Assembly (NCBI GenBank): GCA_032249235.1
Contig: JAVVGF010000003.1
Coordinates: 19,213-83,212 of the forward strand
DNA length: 64,000 nucleotides
Direction of reading: 5' to 3'
Source of the DNA: Thermoproteota archaeon
GTDB lineage: Archaea; Thermoproteota; Thermoprotei; Gearchaeales; Gearchaeaceae
Position 1 is the stretch's first letter, and every line of letters begins with the position of its first letter. A program made the translations under genes and the position numbers. The notes below the pieces were generated by a model. The model was not told the origin of the DNA and did no database searches. It saw only the letters and a list, made by a program, of their open reading frames with translations. Positions 1 to 8,946 of the stretch are shown piece after piece.

Positions 1-151
1 ACATCTACTCTGTGTTTAAGAAATATCCTTTTTTCTTAATTTTAAAATATTCGAATGATTTAAAACTTTAACATTAAGTCCTAATTCTGGAAAATTATTT
101 GGGGTTGTCAAATAAGGCTTATTTATAAGGGCATAAGAATAACTTATAGGT

Positions 152-922
152 ATGAATGAAGCAACTCTGATATGCAAAGGAATCAAAAAACATTTTGGAG
201 GCTTATATGCATTGGATGATGTAAATATTTCTTTAGAAAGAGGAAAATTTACGTTATTAATAGGACCAAATGGAAGTGGTAAAACTACGTTAATAAATAC
301 AATAACAGGTTATTATATTCCCGACGAGGGTAAGATAATCTATGAAGGAAAAGATGTAACTAAGTTACCAATGCATGAAAAATTCAAGTTAGGAATTGTT
401 AGAACTTTCCAAATTCCAAAGCCTTTTACCAAGCTTACAGTTATAGAGAACATGCTCATTGCAGCGAGAGACAATCCTGGAGAGCGTTTTATATATGCTC
501 CTTTAAAGAGCAAATGGATTGATAAAGAGAAAGAAGCTTATGAAACTGCAATGTATTTATTGCAACAATTAAAGTTGGATAATTTATACAATCAAGAGAG
601 CTATAAGCTTAGCGGAGGCCAAATAAAACTTTTAGAGTTTGGAAGAGCACTCATGTGTAATGCAAAAGTTATTTTGCTTGATGAGCCAGGTGCAGGAATG
701 GCTCCTTTTATTGCAAAAGAGCTATTCAAGACTCTTAAGGATGTAACAATCAAATTGAATCTTACTGTGTTAGTAGTTGAGCATAGACTTGATATAGCCT
801 TAGATTTTGCTGATTATGCATATGCAATGCACAATGGCAAAGTCATTGCAGAAGGAAATCCTTATGAGGTATTAAATAATGAAAAAGTTATAGAAAGTTA
901 TTTGGGGAGAAGAGGTGCTTGA
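152..922 (+). CDS. livG: Branched-chain amino acid ABC transporter, ATP-binding protein (LivG type)
   Basis: Walker A GPNGSGKTT, ABC signature LSGGQ, and a LivG-typical GIVRTFQ motif. It overlaps the next ATPase gene by 8 nt, as in livGF operons. Confidence 0.8.
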   Translation: MNEATLICKGIKKHFGGLYALDDVNISLERGKFTLLIGPNGSGKTTLINTITGYYIPDEGKIIYEGKDVTKLPMHEKFKLGIVRTFQIPKPFTKLTVIENMLIAARDNPGERFIYAPLKSKWIDKEKEAYETAMYLLQQLKLDNLYNQESYKLSGGQIKLLEFGRALMCNAKVILLDEPGAGMAPFIAKELFKTLKDVTIKLNLTVLVVEHRLDIALDFADYAYAMHNGKVIAEGNPYEVLNNEKVIESYLGRRGA

Positions 923-1622
923 AATAAATAAGCTAAATGCAGGATATGGTAAATTGCAAGTGTTATTTGATGTTAACTTGAAAATTGAGAGAAATAAATT
1001 AACTGCAATTGTTGGTCCAAATGGAAGCGGAAAATCTACCTTGCTCAAAACCATCTTTGGTCTGACAAATATTTATTCAGGTGAAATAAAATTCGAAGGA
1101 AAAGATATTACACGAATAAAACCTCATGAAGTTGCAAGAATGGGAATTGCATATTTACCCCAGTTGGATAATGCTTTTACTGAATTGACTATTGAAGAAA
1201 ATTTAAAGATGGCTGCGTATACTCTTGAAGAAAGGGAAGCAAGAGAAAGAATAAAAGAAGTTTTGGAATTATTTCCAGTATTGAATAAGAAATTCAAGAC
1301 TAAAGCACTTTATATGAGCGGTGGCGAGAGACAAATGCTCGCCATTGCAATGAACTTGATTAGAAGACCAAAACTAATGCTTTTCGATGAACCAACAGGT
1401 AACCTAGCTCCTATTATTGTGAATCAAATACTTGATACTATAGTCAAGCTAGTTAGAGATAATGGCATTACAGTTGTGCTTGCTGAACAGAATGCATTAA
1501 GAGCGTTAGAAATTTCTGACAAGGCTTATTTATTAGTGGGAGGTAAAGTAGCGTTTGAAGGCACTTCTAAGGATTTATTAGAACATAGTGAACTTGGAAG
1601 ATTATATTTAGGACTTAAGTAA
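915..1622 (+). CDS. livF: Branched-chain amino acid ABC transporter, ATP-binding protein (LivF type)
   Basis: Walker A GPNGSGKST, signature MSGGERQ, and a LivF-like GIAYLPQ motif. Confidence 0.8.
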   Translation: MLEINKLNAGYGKLQVLFDVNLKIERNKLTAIVGPNGSGKSTLLKTIFGLTNIYSGEIKFEGKDITRIKPHEVARMGIAYLPQLDNAFTELTIEENLKMAAYTLEEREARERIKEVLELFPVLNKKFKTKALYMSGGERQMLAIAMNLIRRPKLMLFDEPTGNLAPIIVNQILDTIVKLVRDNGITVVLAEQNALRALEISDKAYLLVGGKVAFEGTSKDLLEHSELGRLYLGLK

Positions 1623-1623
1623 T

Positions 1624-2760
1624 CTAGGTTATTAAAGATAAAAGCTTGCTAGGATCAGATTTTTCTAATTCTGGGAATTTTTTATTTTCATTTATTTTTT
1701 TGATAATGTTTAATGGTTCAGCTTGTAAAGGAGAGAAATCATCGATCTCTTCTTTAAATAGTGGTATTGAAGCTAAGCCAGTTTTATAATGTATGGAAAA
1801 TGGTGCTCTTACATCACCTTGTGGTTTCATTGAAGACCAGTCAACTAATATTTTATCTTCTCTCTCTTCTTTATGAGCAACTTGGGAAGTCGTGAATTGT
1901 TTCAAATCTTTAAAATCAGGATATTTCTCTTCTATTATTTTTCTTTTATTTTGCAACCTTTTCTCTAGTACATTTTGAATTTTAACTGCTAATTTCCTAT
2001 ACTCAGCAAATAGATCTTCCTTTGTTTTGAATTTTGAATTATCAAATCTAGCCCAAATTTGAAAACCCCTTGAACCGCTGAATTTAATCATTGGTTTTAT
2101 TTCAAGTTCAACGAGCATTTCATAAAGTTCCTTTGTTACGAATTTCAAGAATTCAAATCCTCTTTCTTTCTCGAATATTTTCTTTCCAGCATCTAGATCC
2201 AAAACGAATAAATCTGGTTCATTCGCATTTAATTTATGTACATATGGTATGAAATCAATACAGTGGTCATGAACATATTCCATTAGCTTTTCTAAAGAAT
2301 TTATTATAATATGCTGTGGCTTTGGTTTATATTTAGCATATCTAACAAATATAGGATCAATTTCCTCAATAGGGTTGTTCTTTCCAGAGAAGATTTTAAC
2401 TACGCTTGTAGGTCTATCTTTTAAATAAGGAAGCATTAAATTTCCAACGACAGGATAATAATGCTTTGCTTTCCAAACTAAAATGTATGATCTATTTAAT
2501 ATCTTTTCTTTTTCACGAATTAAATTAAAAATATATTCATGAATTTTATCTTCAGGCATATATTTACCATTAACATTCTTAATTAATCCTTCTTCTTCTA
2601 GAATTTTTAAATTTGAGATTATCTCATCTTTGCTCAAATCTCTTTTTTCAAAGAATTTTACATCTCTAGAGACTTTTTCGAAGATATGATCAAAATCAAC
2701 TAATTTACCTTTCTCTTTAATTGATAGCAAAAGTGCAATTCTTTCTTTTACGCTCATCAT
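1624..2760 (-). CDS. Archaeo-eukaryotic primase (AEP) superfamily protein, LigD polymerase-domain-like primase-polymerase, with an N-terminal winged-helix-like extension
   Basis: Motif I is FVLDLDAGKK (DxD), motif II is KFSGSRGFQIW (SGxRGxH/Q), and the C-terminal motif is VDWSS...APFSIHYKTG, which resembles PolDom's DxxxN...aPYSvR. There are no Zn-knuckle cysteines, which argues against PriS. About 75 aa of small helical domain sit at the N-terminus. Confidence 0.55.
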   Translation of the reverse strand: MMSVKERIALLLSIKEKGKLVDFDHIFEKVSRDVKFFEKRDLSKDEIISNLKILEEEGLIKNVNGKYMPEDKIHEYIFNLIREKEKILNRSYILVWKAKHYYPVVGNLMLPYLKDRPTSVVKIFSGKNNPIEEIDPIFVRYAKYKPKPQHIIINSLEKLMEYVHDHCIDFIPYVHKLNANEPDLFVLDLDAGKKIFEKERGFEFLKFVTKELYEMLVELEIKPMIKFSGSRGFQIWARFDNSKFKTKEDLFAEYRKLAVKIQNVLEKRLQNKRKIIEEKYPDFKDLKQFTTSQVAHKEEREDKILVDWSSMKPQGDVRAPFSIHYKTGLASIPLFKEEIDDFSPLQAEPLNIIKKINENKKFPELEKSDPSKLLSLIT

Positions 2761-2829
2761 AATTTAATAGTTATTGAAAAATAAAGGGTTAGCGTCAAGA
2801 TTTATAATTCATAATCCATTAAATTATTA

Positions 2830-4296
2830 ATGAGTGAACATCTAAAGCATTTCATAAATGGCGAATTCGTTGATTCCTTTAGAAATGAAAAATTTGAATT
2901 CTTAAATCCTTCTAATAATGAGATAATAGGAACAATTCCTGTTGGATGTAAGGAAGATGTGGATTTGGCAGTCAAGGCTGCTAAAAAAGCTTTTGAAACT
3001 TGGAGCAAGACAAGTGTTTCGAAAAGATCAGAAATACTTCATGAAATAGCAAAACTTATAAGGAAAAATAAAGAAGAGCTTTCAAGATTGGAAACGCTCA
3101 ATACTGGAATACCTATTACGCAAGTTAGAAGTCAAATAGATAGAGCAGCTGAAAATTTCGATTTTTTTGCAGACATGGTAACAAAGCTAAGTGATGAAGT
3201 CTTCGTAGATGATGATAAATTCATAAACTATGTCATTAGAACCCCTATTGGTGTTGCAGGATTGATAACTCCTTGGAACACTCCTTTAATGCTAGAAACT
3301 TGGAAGATCGCTCCTTGTTTAGCTGCAGGAGATACTTGTGTTTTAAAGCCTGCTGAATGGACTCCATTAAGCGCTAACAAGTTAGCTGAGATTATGCAAG
3401 AAGCAGGATTGCCTTCAGGAGTATTTAATATAGTTCATGGAATAGGTGAAATAAGCGGAGCTTCTCTTGTAGCTCATCCAGATGTTAGGCTAATTTCCTT
3501 CACTGGAGAAACGGTAACTGGTATGGAAATAATGCGAAACGGTGCATCTACACTTAAAAGATTTTCATTTGAGCTAGGTGGTAAAAATCCTGCAATAATC
3601 TTTTCAGATGCAGATTTGAAAAAAGCATTGGATGCAGTAATATTTATGGCTTATTCTTTAAACGGTGAAAGATGCACAGCGAATTCTAGGGTATTGATTG
3701 AGGAATCCATCTATGAGGAATTCGTTGATATGCTATATGAAAGAGTTAAGAGGATTAGAATAGGAGATCCTTTTGATGAAAAAACTGAACTAGGGCCTTT
3801 AGTAAGACCTGAACATTGGCAAAGAGTAAAAAATTACATTGATATTGGGATAAAAGAAGGAGCAAAACTAATCTATGGTGGTGATAGACCTAAAGGATTC
3901 GAAAGAGGTAATTATCTAATGCCGACTTTATTTGCTGATGGAAATAGAGAAATGAAAATATTTAAAGAAGAAATATTTGGTCCAGTTCTTCTTGCAGTAA
4001 AATTCAAAGACGAAGAGGAAGCAATTTCTTTAGCTAACGATGTGATATATGGCTTAACTGCGTACATTTGGACAAAAGATATTCAAAGAGCAAATAGATT
4101 AGCCAAAGCAATTGAAGCTGGTATGGTATGGATAAATTCTCATAATGTAAGAGATCTTCGCACGCCATTCGGTGGAGCAAAATATAGTGGAATAGGTAGA
4201 GAGGGAGGCAAATACAGCTTCGATTTCTATATGGAAATAAAGACTATCCAAGTTGCTTTAGGTACGCATAAGATCCCAACCTTTGGGCTGAGCTGA
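2830..4296 (+). CDS. NAD(P)-dependent aldehyde dehydrogenase, probably the 5-carboxymethyl-2-hydroxymuconate semialdehyde dehydrogenase of the 4-HPA pathway
   Basis: ALDH motifs ELGGKNP and GERCTA are present. The gene is 1 nt from the hpaB-like gene and sits in a cluster with an extradiol dioxygenase. Confidence 0.75.
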   Translation: MSEHLKHFINGEFVDSFRNEKFEFLNPSNNEIIGTIPVGCKEDVDLAVKAAKKAFETWSKTSVSKRSEILHEIAKLIRKNKEELSRLETLNTGIPITQVRSQIDRAAENFDFFADMVTKLSDEVFVDDDKFINYVIRTPIGVAGLITPWNTPLMLETWKIAPCLAAGDTCVLKPAEWTPLSANKLAEIMQEAGLPSGVFNIVHGIGEISGASLVAHPDVRLISFTGETVTGMEIMRNGASTLKRFSFELGGKNPAIIFSDADLKKALDAVIFMAYSLNGERCTANSRVLIEESIYEEFVDMLYERVKRIRIGDPFDEKTELGPLVRPEHWQRVKNYIDIGIKEGAKLIYGGDRPKGFERGNYLMPTLFADGNREMKIFKEEIFGPVLLAVKFKDEEEAISLANDVIYGLTAYIWTKDIQRANRLAKAIEAGMVWINSHNVRDLRTPFGGAKYSGIGREGGKYSFDFYMEIKTIQVALGTHKIPTFGLS

Positions 4297-4297
4297 A

Positions 4298-5752
4298 ATG
4301 GGCGCGAGGACAGGTAAAAGGTTTTTAGAAGAAATGGATAGCAAGAAAAGAGAAATATGGTACGGTAATGAAAAAATAACCTATAACATAACTAAACATC
4401 CAGCTTTCAAAGGTGTTGCTAATACGCTTGCTAAGCTATATGATTTGCAACATGATCCTGAACTTAGGGATATAATGACATATATATCACCCACAACAGG
4501 AGAAAGGGTTGGAATGAGCTTCTTACAACCTAAAACGAAAGAAGATTTAGCTAAAAGGACTATGATGATGAAGATTTGGGCAGATCATAGTTTTGGCTTA
4601 TTGGGAAGAACGCCAGATTACTTGAATAGTGCTTTAATGGCTATGGCTGCAGCTGCTGAATTTTTCGGAAAAGGTAAAGTTGACTTTGCAGAAAATATAA
4701 GAAGATATTATGAATATGTTCGCGAAAATGATCTTTGTTTAACTCATACATTAATAAATCCGCAAGTCAATAGATCAATAACAAGTCCTTCAAAGCTACC
4801 AGATCCTTATATTGCTGCAAGAATTTTAGAAAAAACATCTGAAGGAGTTGTAATAAGAGGAGCAAGAATGCTTGCAACGCTTCCTTTGGCTGATGAAATT
4901 TTAGTTTTTCCATCAACAGTTCTGAAATCTGGACAAGATGATGCACCTTATGCAATGGCTTTTGCTCTTCCTGTAGATACGCCTGGCTTGAAATTCATTT
5001 GCAGAGAAAGCTTTGCTCATAATTCAAGTTTCGATCATCCTTTAGCTTCAAGATTTGATGAACAAGATGCTGTAGTCGTTTTCGACGATGTCCTAGTTCC
5101 ATGGGAAAGGATATTCATAATGGAAGATCCTGAAAAATGTAACATGTATGCTGAAGCAACAAGCGCAGTTATATTCATGGCTCATCAATCTTTGGTAAGA
5201 GAATTATCTAAATGCGAATTCGTATTAGGCTTAGCTACTCTTATTGCAGAAACGATAGGAATTGATCAATATCCAAATGTTCAAGAGAAAATAGCAGAAT
5301 TAATAATGCTAACAGAAACCATGCGTGCTTTTCTGGTTGCAAGCGAAGCTAGTGCAAGGCTTAACAAATGGGGAATAATGACTCCTGATCATGCATTTTT
5401 ACATGCTGCTAGAAATCTTTGGCCCAGAGTAGCACATACTTTAAATCTTACAATTAGACAATTAGGCGCAAGCGGCTTGATGGCTATACCTCCTGCTGAG
5501 GCATTGAATTCAGAAATTAGACAGTATATCGATAAATACTATCAAGCTAAAATGGCAAATGCAGAAGAAAGAATTAAGTTGTTTAAGCTTGCATGGGATT
5601 TCGTAGGTAGTTCCTTTGGAAGTAGACAAGATTTATATGAATATTTCTTCTTTGGTGATCCATTTAGAATGGCTTCTAACCTTTACAATTGGTATACTAG
5701 AAAAGATGAATATAAGAAAAGAGTAAAGGATTTCTTAGATAACATAAAATGA
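4298..5752 (+). CDS. hpaB: 4-hydroxyphenylacetate 3-monooxygenase, oxygenase component (HpaB family)
   Basis: A 484 aa member of the HpaB/4-hydroxybutyryl-CoA dehydratase fold. It lacks the CxxxC Fe-S ligands of the dehydratase. A flavin reductase, an extradiol dioxygenase and an ALDH are nearby. Confidence 0.75.
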   Translation: MGARTGKRFLEEMDSKKREIWYGNEKITYNITKHPAFKGVANTLAKLYDLQHDPELRDIMTYISPTTGERVGMSFLQPKTKEDLAKRTMMMKIWADHSFGLLGRTPDYLNSALMAMAAAAEFFGKGKVDFAENIRRYYEYVRENDLCLTHTLINPQVNRSITSPSKLPDPYIAARILEKTSEGVVIRGARMLATLPLADEILVFPSTVLKSGQDDAPYAMAFALPVDTPGLKFICRESFAHNSSFDHPLASRFDEQDAVVVFDDVLVPWERIFIMEDPEKCNMYAEATSAVIFMAHQSLVRELSKCEFVLGLATLIAETIGIDQYPNVQEKIAELIMLTETMRAFLVASEASARLNKWGIMTPDHAFLHAARNLWPRVAHTLNLTIRQLGASGLMAIPPAEALNSEIRQYIDKYYQAKMANAEERIKLFKLAWDFVGSSFGSRQDLYEYFFFGDPFRMASNLYNWYTRKDEYKKRVKDFLDNIK

Positions 5753-6741
5753 GCTTCGACATTATAAGAGCTGGTCATGCAGAATTGCTTGTCAGAGATT
5801 TAAACAAATCATATGACTTCTATGTAGATACCTTAGGCTTTAAGCTTGTATATGAAGATAGTGATCATATATACTTAAGGGGATATGAGGAAAGATATCA
5901 TCATTCCCTATGCCTAACTAAATCTAATAAAGCAGCTGCACATCACATAGCATTCAAAGTAAGAAGCTTTGAAGATTTAAAAGAACTTGAAAATTTCTTT
6001 TTGAAGAATGATATTGAGGTTACATGGATTGAAAAAGACTTTGAATTAGGCTTGGGCAAGGCAATAAGAATTCAAGACCCTCTAGGATTTCCTGTAGAAT
6101 TTTATAGTGAAATGCAAAAAGCTGAATGGTCTTTGCAAAAATATCATGAGTACAGAGGTGCTAAAATATTGCGAATTGATCATTTTAACATTCATGTTCA
6201 TGATGTTAAGAAGGCTTTTGAATGGTATAAAAAACTAGGTTTCGTAGTCACGGAAATAACTGAAACAGAAGAAGAACCTCCGAGAATTTGGGCAGCATGG
6301 CTTAGAAGAAAACATACATCGCATGATATTGCTTTGACAAACGGATACGGTCCAAGACTTCATCATATTGCCTTCTACGTGCCAGACAGGCTAGCAATAT
6401 TGGATGCAGCAGATATCCTTGCTTCGAAAGATTATATAAAGAATATGGAAAGAGGGCCTGGAAGACATGGGATAACGAATGCTTTCTTCTTCTACTTAAG
6501 AGATCCTGACGGTCATAGGATTGAATTATATACAGGAGACTATTTGAGTTCTGATCCAGATTGGGAACCTATTATTTGGAAGTTTCATGATCCTAAAAGA
6601 CAAACACTTTGGGGAATGCCTGCACCAGCAAGCTGGTTCGAAGAATCTTCTCTTGTTTTAAATTTGAAAAACAATGAAACTATGCCTTTGAATGAGCCTT
6701 CATTACCGATTAAGCCAAAATATTTAGAGGTAACTCATTAA
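5749..6741 (+). CDS. Two-domain extradiol ring-cleavage dioxygenase (VOC/glyoxalase fold), probably 3,4-dihydroxyphenylacetate 2,3-dioxygenase
   Basis: Size and tandem VOC-domain architecture fit. A HHIAF-type motif appears twice. The gene overlaps hpaB by 4 nt. Confidence 0.7.
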   Translation: MSFDIIRAGHAELLVRDLNKSYDFYVDTLGFKLVYEDSDHIYLRGYEERYHHSLCLTKSNKAAAHHIAFKVRSFEDLKELENFFLKNDIEVTWIEKDFELGLGKAIRIQDPLGFPVEFYSEMQKAEWSLQKYHEYRGAKILRIDHFNIHVHDVKKAFEWYKKLGFVVTEITETEEEPPRIWAAWLRRKHTSHDIALTNGYGPRLHHIAFYVPDRLAILDAADILASKDYIKNMERGPGRHGITNAFFFYLRDPDGHRIELYTGDYLSSDPDWEPIIWKFHDPKRQTLWGMPAPASWFEESSLVLNLKNNETMPLNEPSLPIKPKYLEVTH

Positions 6742-7253
6742 AACCACCAATCTTCGATTATTTCAAGTTTTTCAGGGCTTATCAACGTGATATATTGCTG
6801 ATTATAATATATGAGAGGATTTTTATCGCTAAGCTTTTTGGCATTTATTACTTCACCTAAAAAAATTGAATGATCACCGCCATCGTAAATTGAATATTTT
6901 TTGCATTCAATATAAGCCCTCACACCTTTAATTATTGGGCATCCTGTCTTATCAAAGAAATATTCAACGGCTTCAAATCTATCTTTTACCTTAACTCTTC
7001 CTGAAAATATGTCTGATACAATTTTTTGATCTTCTGCAAGGAAGTTAATAGTGAAGAATTCAGATTCAAGCATAATATTGTGTATACTTGATTGCTTAGA
7101 AATTGAAACCATGACTAAAGGAGGATCGAGCGATATGCTAGTAAATGCGCTAACTGTTAAACCAAAAAATCTGTTATCTTTTTTTGTAGTAACTACAGTT
7201 ACACCTTGAGGATATATTCTCATTACCAGTCTTAGCGCTTCTTTAATATCCAC
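6738..7253 (-). CDS. hpaC: Flavin reductase domain protein (HpaC-like NAD(P)H:flavin oxidoreductase)
   Basis: About 170 aa of flavin_reduct-like sequence (GVTVVTT...GLTVSAF...). It converges on the hpaB/hpaD genes. Confidence 0.7.
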   Translation of the reverse strand: MDIKEALRLVMRIYPQGVTVVTTKKDNRFFGLTVSAFTSISLDPPLVMVSISKQSSIHNIMLESEFFTINFLAEDQKIVSDIFSGRVKVKDRFEAVEYFFDKTGCPIIKGVRAYIECKKYSIYDGGDHSIFLGEVINAKKLSDKNPLIYYNQQYITLISPEKLEIIEDWWF

Positions 7254-7276
7254 AATAAAACTTTGTTTATGTTGAT

Positions 7277-8017
7277 TTAATTTTCTTCTACTATTTTATT
7301 AGTCAATGTACCTATCTTGTCTATTGTTATTTCTATTAAGTCATTTGGTTTCAAAGGAGATATTCCTCTTGGTGTTCCCATTAGAATTACATCACCAGGA
7401 TATAAAGTCATGAAAGAACTCAAAAATGCTATTACTTTAGGAATAGGATGTATGAATGATCTCGTATTCCCTTTTTGTTTCAATTCTCCATTTACCTTTG
7501 TTATTATCTCAAATTCTGTTTCTTCGCCAATTTCATCTCTTGTTACGATGAATGGTCCTAAAGGCAAAAAGGTATCGAAACCTTTTGCTTTTATTGGCGG
7601 TCTGAAAAAGCTAGTTATGAAATCTCTTGCTGTCACATCATTAGCAATGGTATAGCCTAAAACATAATTCATCGCCTCGCTTTCTTTTACATTCCTACAT
7701 CTTGAACCGATAACAACAGCAAGTTCTCCTTCATAATGAACAAATTTTGCTCCTTTAGGATATATTATGTTTTCTAAATGACCTACAAGCGTATTATTAG
7801 GCTTAAGAAATATGATTGGATCTTCAGTTATGCTTAAACCTAGTTCTTCTGCATGTTCCTTAAAATTCAAAGCAAGACCTATTATCTTACTAGGTTCGCA
7901 AGGAGGAAGCCATTTAGCATTTTCTATTTTAATTGCGCCTTCTTTTGTTATTAAATATTTTTCTTCAATAAATCCACTATATATTTTGTCATCAATTTTC
8001 AATCTTGCAATTTTCAT
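7277..8017 (-). CDS. Fumarylacetoacetate hydrolase family protein (HpcE/HpaG-like hydratase/decarboxylase)
   Basis: 246 aa with FAH-fold features (HYEGELAVVIG, metal-binding acidic residues). The gene lies inside the aromatic catabolic cluster. Confidence 0.7.
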   Translation of the reverse strand: MKIARLKIDDKIYSGFIEEKYLITKEGAIKIENAKWLPPCEPSKIIGLALNFKEHAEELGLSITEDPIIFLKPNNTLVGHLENIIYPKGAKFVHYEGELAVVIGSRCRNVKESEAMNYVLGYTIANDVTARDFITSFFRPPIKAKGFDTFLPLGPFIVTRDEIGEETEFEIITKVNGELKQKGNTRSFIHPIPKVIAFLSSFMTLYPGDVILMGTPRGISPLKPNDLIEITIDKIGTLTNKIVEEN

Positions 8018-8898
8018 ATCTTGAAATATAATCTTAAAACTTCGATAAGTTTTCTTTTCTTCTCATCTGATAAAGGAACTAAAGGGGGTCTAAAATATGG
8101 CTTTATCATACCTAGCATACCCATAGCAGTTTTTAGCGGTATAGGATTTGTATCAATGAATAAAGCTTCATTTATAGGCAATAGTTTGTAATGCAATTTT
8201 TTAGCTTCTTCATATTTTCCTTGTTTCACTAATTCATATAGATCTGCTAATTCCCTAGGTAGCAAGTTGGCAGTTGCACTGAAATATCCTGCACCGCCTA
8301 TTGCAAGTAAAGGATAGCACAAAGATTCGATTCCTGAATAAACAAGAAAATCTTCACCGCATTCAAGAATATCTTTACTCATTTGATCGAAATTTGTATT
8401 AGCTTCTTTAACTCCAACAATATTTTTACAACTTTCTTTTAATCTCTTCAAAGTCTTGGGTTCAATATTAGTTCCTGTTCTTGCAGGTATGTTATAAATT
8501 ATGATTGGCAAAGAAACACTTTCTGCTATTTTTTTGAAATACTCAAAGATGCCTTCTTGATTAGGTCTTGAATAATATGGTACAGCAATGAGTAATGCAT
8601 CGCATCCTATCCTTTCTGCTTTTTTACTTAAATCAATTGTTTCAGAAAGATTTGAAGATCCTGTGCTTGCAACAACAGGTACTTTTCCTGAAGCTTCTTG
8701 AACAGCTATTTCAAATAATGTTTCTTTCTCTTCTCGACTTAACAAAGTCATTTCTCCAGTGCTTCCTGCAATAGAAATTCCATGACTTTTGTTTTCTATT
8801 TGCCATTCTATCAACTTTCTAAATGTAGGTATATCTATTTTCAATTCTTCATCATAAGGTGTTACAAGGGGCACAATAGAACCTTTTAATCTTTCCAT
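8014..8898 (-). CDS. Dihydrodipicolinate synthase/N-acetylneuraminate lyase family (class I aldolase)
   Basis: DapA-family layout with an active-site Lys region. It overlaps the FAH-family gene by 4 nt. Confidence 0.7.
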   Translation of the reverse strand: MERLKGSIVPLVTPYDEELKIDIPTFRKLIEWQIENKSHGISIAGSTGEMTLLSREEKETLFEIAVQEASGKVPVVASTGSSNLSETIDLSKKAERIGCDALLIAVPYYSRPNQEGIFEYFKKIAESVSLPIIIYNIPARTGTNIEPKTLKRLKESCKNIVGVKEANTNFDQMSKDILECGEDFLVYSGIESLCYPLLAIGGAGYFSATANLLPRELADLYELVKQGKYEEAKKLHYKLLPINEALFIDTNPIPLKTAMGMLGMIKPYFRPPLVPLSDEKKRKLIEVLRLYFKI

Positions 8899-8946
8899 AT
8901 CCTATTTTTTCTTCTATAAATTTAAGTAAAAATCGAATTTAATTAT

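Noticed and set aside
872-1054. Numerous short ORFs (60-150 aa) antisense to or overlapping large conserved genes. Examples are 872..1054, 4767..4955, 7317..7655, 9504..9894, 10420..11965, 12039..12401, 15344..15807, 17583..17870, 20163..20822, 35206..36108, 36261..38134, 39143..39599, 59016..59210 and 61848..62834.
   Set aside because: They lie entirely within longer ORFs on the other strand whose products have clear family signatures. Their translations are low-complexity and have no motifs. They are typical spurious ORFs of AT-rich DNA.
4298-5752. Alternative reading of the HpaB-like gene as 4-hydroxybutyryl-CoA dehydratase of the 3HP/4HB cycle
   Set aside because: The CxxxC…H…C Fe-S ligand pattern of 4-hydroxybutyryl-CoA dehydratase is absent. 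The genomic context (extradiol dioxygenase, flavin reductase, ALDH) fits the 4-HPA hydroxylase.
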